From Geosiphon pyriformis uo1 (Eukaryota > Fungi > Glomeromycota), in NCBI GenBank assembly GCA_016748015.1, contig JAAOMT010000352.1, forward strand, positions 1 to 64,000: a stretch of 64,000 nucleotides of DNA. Reading direction: 5' to 3'. Both the position numbers and the translations under genes were made by a program. Positions 51,020 to 63,630 of this stretch are shown piece after piece. The notes below the pieces were generated by a model, which did not search any database, was not told the origin of the DNA, and saw only the letters and a program-made list of their open reading frames with translations. Position 1 is the first letter of the stretch. Every line of letters begins with the position of its first letter.

Positions 51020-52333
51020 ATGAACTTGAACAACTATTTTGTTTTAATAGAATTTTTGAATAAAGAACAATACCTACCAAAATACATTTGATAGCAAAAA
51101 GAACATTTGTGTAAACAATCTAATTTCTATTTGATTTGCCAGAACCAACTATATATAAAAAATAGAAAAAATTCTAACTACTCCCAGAAAGTTATTAGAT
51201 TTGAAGAAAAAAAAATTGTGATCTACAACATGTATATTGATTTATTAACTAGACACTTTGGAAAAACAAAAACAATTCAGAAAATTTTAGCTTGCTATTA
51301 TTAGCCTATTTTAGAAAAAAACATTGCTGAATACATCAAAACCTTTAACACCTGCCAAAAAAAAGACAAACCCAACCAAAAAAAAGATATCTATCCAATC
51401 TCTGTTGGCCAACCATTTAACAGAATTGGTATAGATGTTGTTAAACTCTTAACAATAATTCTTGATGGCAATAAATACATTATTACAGCTACTGATTATC
51501 TTACAAAGTGAGTAGAAACAAGAGCCACTCCAGACCAAATAGCAGTCTCAATAGCCAATTTCATTTATAAAGACATCATCTGCTATTATGACTGCTCCAA
51601 AGAACTTTTATCTAATAGAGAAAGAGCTTTTTTCAGTATACTGGTTGAAGAACTTTGTAGAAAAATGAGAATATATAATAAACTTTCTTTTTCTTATCAC
51701 CTTTAAACAAATGACCTAGTAGAATGTTTTAATAGAACACTATATGAAACCTTAGCCAAAACCAGTGAAAAAACAAACTTATGAGACAAAGTACTGTTTT
51801 TAGCTTTGTTTGTTTATAAAACTGTGAATTATGACATAACAAGTTATGAATCTTTTTATCTGTTCTATGGATACATGACAACACTACCAATAGAAATTGA
51901 CATTAAAACAATACCCTTTGAAGAAATCACAATAAGAAATTATAAAAACATTTTGTAAAAAAAACTTGATACTATTCTTGACTTCTTAGTAAAAGCACAA
52001 ATAATTGCTTTTAAAAAAATAAAACAGTTCCAAAAAAAGCTTAAGAAAAAGAAAACTTATAAAACACTTTCCTTAAGTGTTGGTAACTTAGTATTGGAAT
52101 ATTGTTTAAACAGAGACAATGTCTATGATAATAAATTTTCTAACTAGTAAAAAGAACTCTTTATAATCAACAAAGTTTTAAACAATGGTTCTTATATTCT
52201 TTAAGATCAATCTGGAACAATCTTTAATAATTATTCTGTTTATGATATACAGCTTAAGAAATATTATAAACGACCTGATTGGTTGTTTGTTGTGATAATA
52301 CTGACTCAAATAATTAGCAAAAATCAATTATAA
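51020..52333 (+). pseudogene. Gy-A integrase, separate ORF
   Basis: ATG 51020; RHFGKTKT, CQ, RIGIDVV, TDYLTK, LVECFNRTL, NGSYIL. Confidence 0.85.
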
Positions 52334-52999
52334 ATAAATGTATTATTCCCAAAACAGAAGTATCTTTAATTAACATAAATAATTATTTCCTGGATTAAAA
52401 CATTCAAAATGTCTTCTATACTCTTTATGTATATTGGATCAAAAACTATTTAAATGCTACTCTGATCATTGGAAAACAAACCACTATAACTGATAACAAT
52501 AGAACACATATTGTTATTAAACCAAAAAAAACCACTACCAGAAGAAAAAAAATTGGTAACAAAATAGATAAATATCTGCTAAAAAGTATAACAGTAGCAA
52601 TACTTTCATCTTTTAACACAATTGGAAAAACAATTCAAGAAATTTTGTCCATAGACAAAAACTTGTTATATAAAAGGCAACTAAAACTTTATGGTCACCT
52701 TGGTGAAATCATAGAGGACATAAAACTAATGAAGAAAACAACTTTAGAGATACAGACAAAAATTTTGGACATTATATAATTAGATGTTCTAAAAGTTTTA
52801 ATTGTTGCTAAAAGAGCCAAAACTCTTATACAAAAATTTGGTTTCTTGGATACAAAACTTATTTTGCCTTAAATATTATATACCTTATTCATAAAAAATT
52901 TAACAAACTAGTTAGCTTTAAGTTAAACAAAACTTTTCAAATAGATTCCATCATAAATAGCTTGATTTCATTGAAGCTCAATCTCTTTGAAGAGGATGA

Positions 53000-53691
53000 T
53001 GTTATAATTGAAACTCATCCTTTTTATTAATTATTACATGTATTAATTACTAATATTATATAATTAACCACTTTATTTTTAGATAATAATTATTGATCTG
53101 ATCAATAATCTGACTGTTGATCTGATTATTGACCTAGTCATTGACCTGATCATTAATCACTTTTGATAGCTATATAAGCAATGAATCACTTAGTTGTAGA
53201 AATACATATCAGAAATCAAGAAAATAAAATAAATAAAATAACAACTTTTATCTTAATTTTTTTTTTATTGCTAATTTCTTTTTTTCTATCTTCAAGTATT
53301 TGAACATCTTGGAATAAAAAATTACTTGTTGGTTATTCTTTACTTTTTTTCTGAAACATGTAATTGTAGCATTTAAAGATTATTAAATAAAATGTGACTG
53401 AAAAGTACATCTAATACCTAATATTAAATTATAAGAGTACTGACATGAGACATAGAATTATACCAGTATGTGATTATTTGTTAACAGTACAGACTATTCC
53501 TTTACCTTCAAATTCTCTAGTTATCTTTTAAAAAGTATAGCAATTGAGATATTTTATAAGACTGATTTTGCACATTAAATCTATACTCATTCAATTCACT
53601 TTTTGAAGTTGAATTCCCTTTGATTCTTTTCATCACCCTACAATTTTGTTGTCCCTTGCTATTTGTTAGCTTGTAACTTCAATTCATAACA
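53000..53691 (+). repeat. Gy-A 3' LTR (692 bp)
   Basis: TGTTATAATTG...cataaca directly after the PPT. Confidence 0.92.
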
Positions 53692-54680
53692 GTATTTTTA
53701 TATTGTATTAAAATAAAAAAACAATAGAATAAAAAGTTTGATTTCAAATAGAACAATCTATTTTACATTAAAAAAATTCTAAAAAACAGAGCACACAAAT
53801 TAAGATAAAACAATAAAATTTTGGTCAAAACAGTATATAATAATTGATTTAACCCATATTACAACAAAATATTATTAGTTATTAATAATATTTTACAATT
53901 AAAAGTACAAAAAATACTAGTTAAACCAAATAAAATTTTATAAAACTTAGAATTAATTATAATTATTAAAGCAAATACATAAATTAGATTTGTTAAAGCT
54001 ATATAAAGATCTAATACACAACAAAAAAAAAAACTAAAAAATAAAAATTATAAACAATATTTACTTAATAATACAATAATTATTTTAAATTATAAAACAA
54101 AGAGTTGAATATAAAAATCATAATTAATAAACAAATTATTTAATATAAAAACACAGAAAAAAAACAAAAACTCTAAAATAATCTATAATATTAAGTATAT
54201 TTATCATCAAAAAATATAGTAAATAAAATAATAGAAAAAGTAAAAACAATATTAAAAAATTCAATAATAACTACAACATATTAGGAAATAACCAAAAAAA
54301 ACTAGAATTAATAAACACAACAATTTTCTAAGAACTTTTGCTATTATTACTTAAAAAAACAGCTAAATATTCAGAACTTATATATAAATAAAACCAAATA
54401 AATGTTTAATTCAATTATATTATAGCAGATAAAATGGCTTAATCATATATACAAAAGCAATCTATCAATTACAAACAGGATTTTAAGATTGTCTAAAATT
54501 ATTATTATATTTAATAATAAATATAATAATAATTAACCAATAAAAAAAAATCACCAATTTTTAGTTTAAAAAATTATGGACCAGAATTATCAATACAATT
54601 CTAAAAAAAAAAGTAATAAAGTTAATTCAAAAAGAAGACTTAGAAGATTTTAATAAAGCTTAATATTAAAAAAAATATAT

Positions 54681-55447
54681 TATTACTTATATAATAATAA
54701 AAAATAATAAGTTAAATAAATAGTCAATTAAAATAAGTGTAATAAAAAAAAATTTCAGAATTTCTCTCAACTAGAATTTTAGGATTTTAAAATTCCAATA
54801 ATATTCTTACCAAAAATTACAAAATTCCAAAATTTCAAAAATCTTTATAGAAAAAATTCAAAAAATTCAAAAAATTTCATATAATAAAGATTATATATAT
54901 AATAGTAAAAATAAAAAAAACAAACAAACCAGAATTAAAGACAAAAATTTAAAACTTAGTCTTTTTTTCTTTTTATTTATTTCAAAAATTAGTTTGTTAT
55001 TATTTAATATTTATCATATTAGCAATTTATACCAATAATAACTAATATTTAACCACATTAAAACAATAACTTTTGATCATAACTATTAACAAAATACTAA
55101 TTTTTTAATTTTTTTTTATTTTGTTTATTGTGTTTACTAATTAAAAAAAAATTTGAGTATTGAACTTTTAATATCAAAAATAGGTTGATAAAAAACCTGT
55201 AAAACAAAAATAAAAATTAAAAAGATAGCTTATCAAAAAAGTATAACTGTCAGATTAAATTAATTATTATACTAAAGAAAAAAATTTACAAAAGACAACA
55301 TCAATTAAATTTTTGTTTATTATACAAAAAACTTAGCCAAAATCTTCAGATTACAAAAACTTTCAAAATTTATTATTATCAATATCTATTGAACATTAAA
55401 TTATAGATTTGTTATTTATTTCAACCACCAAATAATTATCTATAATA
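54681..55447 (+). repeat. Gy-B3 3' LTR
   Basis: Follows decayed ORF3 and PPT; partner of 23689-24489. Confidence 0.82.
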
Positions 55448-56220
55448 TTATCTTTTTAGTATAATATTTTGATTTATATATAACAGCTAATTATACTAGC
55501 AAAGTTTTAACAGACTTGTATATTTATATAATAAAGACTATATACAAATACTTTTTTATTGTTATTAAAATAATAAATACTATTTTACTATTTTATGTAT
55601 AGATTACAACAAAGTTGAGTTTTTAGATTATAGCTTTGTCTATGACTCTAACTCTTTTGTTTGCAAAATTTACTGGCTAATTAAGTAATACTTTAAAGAT
55701 TTTTAACTAATACCAATTTATTATTAATGTTTGTTCTTTAAATATTGTATCTTAGTGATAATAATATTGGTTTGTATTTAATTTTGTGTAAAAATTTTGT
55801 GTTTGAGTTTTGGTTAGTTAAGACTAAGTTTGTTTTTGCTAATATTAAGTTGACTATTTTATATCTAATTAAGTTTGTTTAAAATTTTATTATTAATTAT
55901 AACAAAAATATGGTTGTTTAATTCAAAGCTTTATATTATAATAAAAACCAATAGTATTCTGCCTAGTGTTAAGTCTAAAACACTATTTAAAGTTTTTCAG
56001 CTTTTTTTTCCAAAGAAGTAATACTTTTGTTGAATATAATTAAAAATTAAACTGTTAATTTTGGTTTTAAGACTAGACAATTGTTTTTTATTTATATTAA
56101 TTATAATATTTTTGTTAATATAATGTATAATATAGTCTTAACCAATTAAATAGCTAGTTATATATAAAAAAATATGTAATTCTTATTTAATTTAAAATTT
56201 TAAACAATTGTATTATATTA
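55448..56220 (+). mobile_element. 3' part of the ancient LINE that hosts Gy-B3
   Basis: SFLV*YFDLYITANYTS...IYIIKTIY...LCIDYNKVEFLDYSFV corresponds to LINE VWHPDLHM..GFTS..TYFMKALH..LCLYCG.VE..DHVF; 3' UTR remnant ~56138-56165. Confidence 0.65.
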
Positions 56221-56349
56221 GATAATAATCAAATTATATTATAATAATAATAATAATAATAAAATATAACCAAAATAATTAATAATTTGCAGAAATAACT
56301 TGTAGTTTGATAAAATATTAAAAAAAAGTATTAAATTATAAAATAGTAC

Positions 56350-57048
56350 TATTATAATTGAAATTCATAGTTTTTATTAGTTATTACATATATTAACTAC
56401 TAATATTATATAATTAGTTATTTTATTTTTAGATAGTAATCATTGATCTAATCAATAACCTAATTATTGATCTAGTTATTAACTTGATCATTGATCTAAT
56501 TATTAACTTAATTATTAACTACTTTTAATAGTTATATAAATAATAAGTTTTTTAAATGTAGTAAAATATGTAGTAATTAATTAAGAATAAATAAAATAAC
56601 AACTATTATCTCAATTTTTTTTCTATTATTTATTCTCTTTTTTTTATCTTCAAGTATTTGAACATCTTAGAATAAAAAATTATTTGTTGATATTTACTTA
56701 CTTTTTTTTAATTTGTATAATTGTAGTATTTAAAAATTATTGAATAAAATATGACTGAAGAATATATCTAATACTTAATATCAAATTCTAAGAATGCTGA
56801 TATAAGGCATAGAATTATACCAGTGTATTATTATTTGTTGACAGTACAGACTATTTCTTTACCTTCAGATTTCTCAGTTATTTTTTGAAAAGAATAACAA
56901 CTGAGATATTTTATAATACTGATCTTTCATATTAAATTTATACTCATTTAATTTGCTCTTTAAAGTTGAATTTTCTTTGATTAATTTTATTATTCTATAA
57001 TTCTGTTTTCTCTTGCTATCTATTAGCTTGTTACTTCAATCCATTACA
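56350..57048 (+). repeat. Isolated Gy-A LTR; flanks do not match (gtac / agaa), no PBS or PPT
   Basis: Full-length homology to the other Gy-A LTRs. Confidence 0.85.
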
Positions 57049-57858
57049 AGAAGCAGAATTTACTAATTTTTATAGTGAATTACTTTAGAGCATTATACTT
57101 CTATAAAATTATTTGTTCACACCAATAATTACAAAAATCAATAAAAAAATTAAAAAACACACCAAACAGAAATTTTTTATTATCTTTGTAGACAACAACA
57201 AAGGAAAATTACAAACACCAATAAAAACACCAAGAAATATACAACCATTTACTTAAAAGAAACCAAAAGTAATTTCATTTATACACTTATCTTATCACCA
57301 TATGCCTAGAAGTACTATTAATATACTATTAGAAAATATATTATCATTAGTAAAAACACTATCAACAAGAATAACATTCCAAAGCAAACAAAAAAAAGTC
57401 AATTTATTGGGAACTTATAGCAATTACTTTGAAAGATTCAAATTGTGATTACCAATACCATCAGAATTTCAATCATCATTATCTCAATCCAATTTTGGAG
57501 CTACCAGCTCTTGAAAAATAACTGACTCAAAAAAAGAGAAAAACGAATATCAGAAATTTAATTATCAAAACCCAATCTTAGAAAACCCAAAAATCCAAAC
57601 TCTGATTATTTAGGTCCAACAAAACTTGAATAATTCAAATCCAGCTTCTATTGTTTCTCAAAACTTACCTTCAGTAATTATAATTGATCTACTACTAGTT
57701 GTATTAATCACAAAATCACCACAATAGTCACAACTACTATCCCAATAACAACAACAATTTTAACAACTACAACTGTTACCAATGGCATACACTTCTATTG
57801 TCAAGTTAGAAAAGTTTACCAGCAAAGAAGACAATATCCAAGTTTGGCTTAATAACAT
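57049..57858 (+). mobile_element. Gy-B-type gag fragment
   Basis: Collinear with 24720-26350; MAYTSIVKLEKFTSKEDNIQVWLNNI capsid start. Confidence 0.75.
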
Positions 57859-58816
57859 TGTTACAAGTGATAATTTAGAATCTAGAAGCAAATAACAAAC
57901 TCATAACTTGGTGCTCAATAACTGATATAGTTGGTAATATTTGAAGGTTTTAGTAATCTGAAGGTTTTAGTTAAGTCTTTTGTATAATAAACAGAAATTC
58001 AATATTGATATCTTGGTGTAATGTTTTTAGTTTTCTCAACTCTTGAGTTAATGTAATTTGTTGTCTATTGTTTCCCAAAATATCTATATTTTATCAATTT
58101 CTTTTTTAGTTTGGTGGTCAGTATCTTTTGATAAGCTATCTTTAATCTTAAATGTCTACTTTTATTCCTGGGTTTTTTACTAGTGCTATATCCTGATATT
58201 AGTACTCTGTGCATTAATTTTTTAATCAATTAGTAAATTTACAATAAACAAAGAAAATAAAAAAAATAATAAAAATAATAAAAAGAGAATAAAAAAATAA
58301 GCCAAGTCAAGAAAAAGTTAGTATTCCATAAATAATCATGATCAAGAGCTATTGGTTTAGTATATTTAAGTATTAACAACTATCAACATGAGTTGTTGAT
58401 AGTAAAAAGATAGATTGTGATGTTTAATAAATATTTTATTGATATTTGATGTTTCCACTTTAAGTCATAGAATACTATCATATAAAAAAATGGATGAGAA
58501 ATTAGAACTGGAGATTCTAACTAAAGATTCTGTCTTTTTTTGCTTCTAATGTTATTACTATATATACATAAATTTCATTGTATAAGATTCTTTGAATTTC
58601 TCAATTCTCTAGCCAGAAATTCTGGGATTTCTTAAGAGGAATTCTGGAATTCTGGAATCCTGTAATTCCTTATATGAGAATTCTGTAATTCTGAAATCCT
58701 GCAATTCCTTTAAGAAGAATTCTGGAATTTTATTTTTACTATGTTTTATTCTAATTGGCTAATTAATGTACTAATATATAATTCTTATATTCTATAAATA
58801 ACATTATTTCCTCTTT

Positions 58817-59449
58817 TTAATATTGAGCTTTGTCAAAATCTTCTATATCTTCTAATTTTTTATCTTTAATTAACTCTTAAACTTCTTTTTTGAGAATTAC
58901 TTAGGTTATTTTTATCTGTAATTTTTCAAATTAGGCATTGGTCATTTTACCCAATTAGTTAATAGTAATTGTATTCATTGTTGAATTAAGTAGTATTACT
59001 GATCAATTTTGAAATCCTATATGTAGCCAATATATGGCTCTGGCTTGTATGAACAGATTGCTTTTTTCCACAAATTGTTTAAGTTGCTGTAATATTGTTG
59101 TATTGAATAACTATTTTGTTTTGTTAGTGTACAAGTTTTAAATATTCAGGTTTTATCTCAAATAATAATAACAAAAATTTCTTGGAAATTGTTGTATTCA
59201 CCAATTCCAAGTTTTTTTCATCAATTTTTGGTATGATACAGCTGTTTCTGGTATTTCCATTAACAGCTTTACTTTTATTATTATCTTGTCTATAGTGTTT
59301 TCTGGTTTTCTGTATGCCTTGTATTGAGTTTTTTTTTTATTCTCTTTGTATTGAATGGTTTGTTAGTTGATTGTGATTTCCATGTTTTGTTGTTGAATTA
59401 GTTAAAATAGTTATTGTATGAGTGAGTGAATATTGTTGGTAATTTTCAT
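58817..59449 (-). pseudogene. Gy-B ORF3 homolog
   Basis: MKITNNIHSLIQ*LF...MEITIN*QTIQY...DFDKAQY*; nearly the same span (633 vs 636 nt) and same ends as 2196-2831. Confidence 0.65.
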
Positions 59450-62400
59450 CTTTATTGTTGCTTTTGTTGCATATATCATGTCTTTATATATTATTCTGTT
59501 TAATCAACTTAATGTGTTTGTATTAATGATTATGATTGGTTTTAGATCTTATGGAATCTTATCTGGTTGGATTAGTATTTATTATACTTCCAGTTATAAA
59601 ATATTACTGGTAAATAATAATACTGTATTATAATATAGTTTCAGTCAATTTCTATGTATTGCTTTAGCTAAAATTTTGTTATTTTATCTTAACTTATAAG
59701 TTTTATTTCCTAGAATTTTTTCTATGTGAAATGGTCTGTTCTATTTGGGATCAAATTTTCTACTCCATTGTTTTTTTACTTTAGTATAATATAAAAGTAC
59801 TTTGTCTTCAATCCTGAATTCAACTGGTTTATTTAGTAACTGGTTATTGTGTTATTTTTTTTGTTTTTCTTGTGACTTTTAAATGTTATTAGCTGCTCTT
59901 CATTTTTTGTTTTCTAAAGTTTTCATTAAATCATATGTTTTTTTTAGCAATATTTCTTGAAAGTTGTTTTCTATTATTGGTTTAGTTGGATACATATTGA
60001 CTTTTATTTTAACTGGTAATATTGTTGTTCTATCATAAACAAGTTCAAATGGTGTTGCTTATATGATATCTTGTTTCATTGTCTGATAAGCAAATAGTAC
60101 TGATGGTATAAATAAATCCCATTTGTTCTGGTTTTTTTAACTGATTTTGGTAATTGCTTCACACAATATTCTGTTGAACTTTTCAATTAAACTATTTGTT
60201 TGTAAATGATATAATGATGATAATGGTCTTTTAATTCCAAATTTTTGGCTTAATTCTGTTAATGTTCTGTTTACAAAGTGGGTTCTTTGATCTGATAACA
60301 ATTTTTTTAGACATCCATGTCAGCAAATCAAATCTTGATAAACAAATTTGGCTATGGATTTTGCATTTGTTCTTTGAATTGCTTTTGCCTTTGGCTATTT
60401 TGTAAGATAGTCTATGACTACTGCTATATAACAATTGTTTCTGCTGATTATTGTTAATGGTTTAACTAAGTTAATTCCAATTCTATCAAATAGTTGTTCC
60501 ACTTTAATTGGTCTTAGTGGTTTACTGGATTTTGTTCCTTCTCTTTTTTGACAAATATTATAATTTTAAACATATTAAATAATATTTAAATATATTGATA
60601 ACCAATAATATTTTTTTTGGTTCTTTCTATAGTTGCTTCTTTATAAAAATATTCTGCTGTTGAATCTAAGTACATATTGTATAATATTGTTTCTTTTTCT
60701 GGTTTTGTGATTACTTTAAGTGGCTGATATAGATCTTTTCTGTTTTTTTAATATAGTATATTTTGGTAAGTAATAAAATATTTTGATTGTTGTTTTATGC
60801 TGTTTTGTTTTTTTTGAGATAATTTTTCCTTGAACTGTTGGATATTAATATAGTATTAGAATTGTTAATATTTTTGTATATTCATTTTTTGTTATATTTT
60901 TGAGTTGAAATGTTCTTGATTTGTTTTATTTATGACAAACTGTCAGCATTTTTATTTTTATAATGTACTGTATATTTGAATAGTGAGAGTTCTATTTTCT
61001 ATTTGACATGATAGTTATTTCCAAATTTTTGCTTCTGAATTGATGTTAATTCTTTGTGATTAATATATACTTCAAATTTCTGGCTTAAATACTTTTTTCA
61101 TTTAATGACTGCCCAATAGATAGCTAAGTATTCTAGTGCTGGTGTTCTATAGTTTTTTTTAGCTGGACTCAAACTTTGGCTGGCATATATTACTAGATGT
61201 TCTTATTTATTTGGTCCTTTTTGAAATAGTACTGCTTCTAATACTTGACCAGATATATTAATAGTAATAATAAATAACTTGCTGTAATCTAAATATATTA
61301 GTACTGAAGCTTGAATCAGCTTTCTTCTTAATATATTAAAAGCTTTTTGTTAGGTTTCTGTCCATTCATATTTCATATTTTTGATTTAAAGCTGATAAAA
61401 TGGCTAAGCTAATTTGGAGAAGTTCTAAATAAAACAGCAATAATATCTAGCAAATCCCAAAAATCCTCTTAATTCTGTGAAATTTGTTGGTATTAAAAAG
61501 TTTTTGACTATATTAATCTTATTCAGATTTGTTTTAATATTATCTTTATTTATAACATGTCCCAAAAAATTCAATTTTGTTTTGCCAAAAAAGCATTTAG
61601 TGGTATTTAACTTTAGTTCTGTTTATCTCAATCTTTTGAACACTTGCTGTAGATAATAAAGATGATTATTAAATGTCTTTGAAAATATGTTGGTGTCATC
61701 TAGATAAATGACTACTGATTTCCATAGTAGTCTGATATAAACAATTTCTATAAGCTGTTGGAAAGTGGCTGGTACATTGGTTAAACCAAATGGCATAACA
61801 TTAAACTTGAGATTTTCTTCTCTGGTTATAAAAGCAGTCTTTTTTTTATTTTCTAGTTTTATGGCTACTTGTCAATAACCACTATCTAAATCCAGTGTTG
61901 AGAACTATTTTTTCTTTCCAAAAGCATCAAATAATTTCTGAATCCATGAGATTGGATAATTGTCTTTACAAGTAACACTATTAAGTTTTCTATAATCCAC
62001 ATAAAAGCAAATCTTTTCATTCTTCTTGTAGACTAGTACCACTGGTGATGACTATGGACTCATTGATGATTAAATTAATTTATTGTCTAACATCTGATTG
62101 ATTTTCTGTTAGATGATTTTATGGCTTGCTAGTAGTATTTTGTATGCTCATTGTTTGATTAACATTGCATTTCCAGTTTTGATCTAATGCTGAATGATAT
62201 CAGTTCTACCAAATTCATTTTCACTGGCAAAAATATCAGTAAAATTGTTAAGTAGTATCTTAAGTTACATCTGTTGCAATAAGTCTAAGTTTCTCAAGTT
62301 CATTTGTTCTAATTGTTTAGATTAAAACAAATAACATTTTTCTTATCTATATATTGCATGTGATATAATATTTACATATTTGCACAGTTGTAAAAAATCT

Positions 62401-62739
62401 GGAATAGTATTTGGTAATTGGTCTTTAATTTTAGTGCTTAAATATCCAATGGTTGTTCCTTTTGGTATTTTAATAAGGTCTCCAGTTATGTTATAGATAG
62501 AAATTTTAATGTGTTTATGGTTTTTGGCTGGTATATAGAAATTGGTAATTCCAATCTCTTCTAATTCACAAATAGTTGGTTCTGCTTCAAAAATCTGGAG
62601 CTGATCTCTTATTTTTTTTTCTATTACTAATATGTACTAGTCATATGGTGGAATTGAAACTGATTGATGAATGAAGATAATTTCTCTCTTGTTAATAACT
62701 TTTTTTTCTGTCATATTAACTAGTATATCTATCCTATTC

Positions 62740-63125
62740 ATGAATTCAAATTCATTTATTCCTCTTGCTGCCATCTCTAACTTTTTTTTTTTTCTATTGA
62801 CACTAATTAAGCTATTTTAATTAGAGACAGAAATATTGCCTATGCTATCTTTTTATTTGGCTTGATAGTATAAGCTTTTCCAGAATTATTTTGTAGTATT
62901 ACAATAATATTTTTTACATATCCTGTGTCAATTATTTTTTCTTTTATATTAATCCCTTTTTTCACTAAACTATTTCTAAATACTAGCTGAATTATGATTG
63001 TTGTTAGAATTTCCAGTGCTATTTTTAGATCAATGCAAATGCACAAATGTGATTTCAATTTGATGGCATTTTTTTCTGGATATTGCAGATCAAATTCTGC
63101 ATCAGTATTATACATGCATTCTGGC
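62740..63125 (-). pseudogene. Trimeric dUTPase domain inside Gy-B4 pol, upstream of RT
   Basis: Five motifs in order, decayed: TDAEFDL, FRNSL, IIDTGYVK, KIA*, ARGINEFEF (from DAGFDL, RSS, IDAGY.G, IAQ, RG..GFGS). Confidence 0.88.
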
Positions 63126-63630
63126 ATAATACTTTTATTATTATCACTGAACCATTTGAGTTCCTGCTTCTTGGAAAGATCAGGAAGTGCAATATATTGT
63201 TTTGAGCTTAAATCAGAGTTTGAATTGTCTTTGTTGTTGTTGTCATTTTGAACTAAACTGGAACTATTGTTATTATTGTTATTATCAGAGTTTGAATTGG
63301 AATTCGATTCCAATTCTGCAGTGCACTTGCTGATTGGTTTTTTTTCTTCTGGAATTATATAAATTATGTGTGGTGGTGGATTGTAAATAAAGTCACAATT
63401 ATTACAATATTGAAAGTTACAGAGAATTAAACAGTGGTTACATAAACAGGTATTAAACTGTTCTAAACATTGCTCTTGCTCTTTTCTAATGAGTGCTAAT
63501 TCTTGGTAGTGTTTGTGAAATTGTTTGGAATCTATCATGTTGAAAATAATATTAAAGTTTGGGATCCAAATACTTTCTTTGGGTTTTGGCAGATTATTTT
63601 TGATTTTTTTGATTTTTTTGGAGATTATGC

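Larger units (their letters stand above)
40883..53691 (+). mobile_element. Three-LTR Gy-A composite inserted in Gy-B3 integrase: LTR, gag-PR-half RT, LTR, complete internal region, LTR
   Basis: TSD gtat (40879-40882 / 53692-53695); host integrase ..NKV|..L.CIK resumes after it; LTRs 40883-41574, 45916-46707, 53000-53691; PBS ~41581 and ~46714; PPT gaagaggatga 52989-52999. Confidence 0.92.
23689..55447 (+). mobile_element. Gypsy Gy-B3: full-length but strongly decayed, stretched to 31.8 kb by nested insertions
   Basis: Paired LTRs 23689-24489 and 54681-55447; PBS tggtgctttttgtaaag at 24492; TSD tcat/ttat; gag ~24510-27210 and 34114-34400; PR ~34500-34850; dUTPase ~37590-37975; RT ~38500-39300; IN ~39800-40882 resuming at 53692. 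Confidence 0.85.
57859..63630 (-). mobile_element. Gypsy Gy-B4, 3' part: Cys-rich region, dUTPase, RT, RNase H, integrase, ORF3, PPT, 3' LTR 57859-58803
   Basis: Reverse strand: CFYVDYRKLN, LDLDSGY, FNVMPFGLTNVPATFQ, IYLDD (~61695-61709); IN from ~60885; PPT 58804-58818; LTR TGTTA...TGTAACA. Confidence 0.93.
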
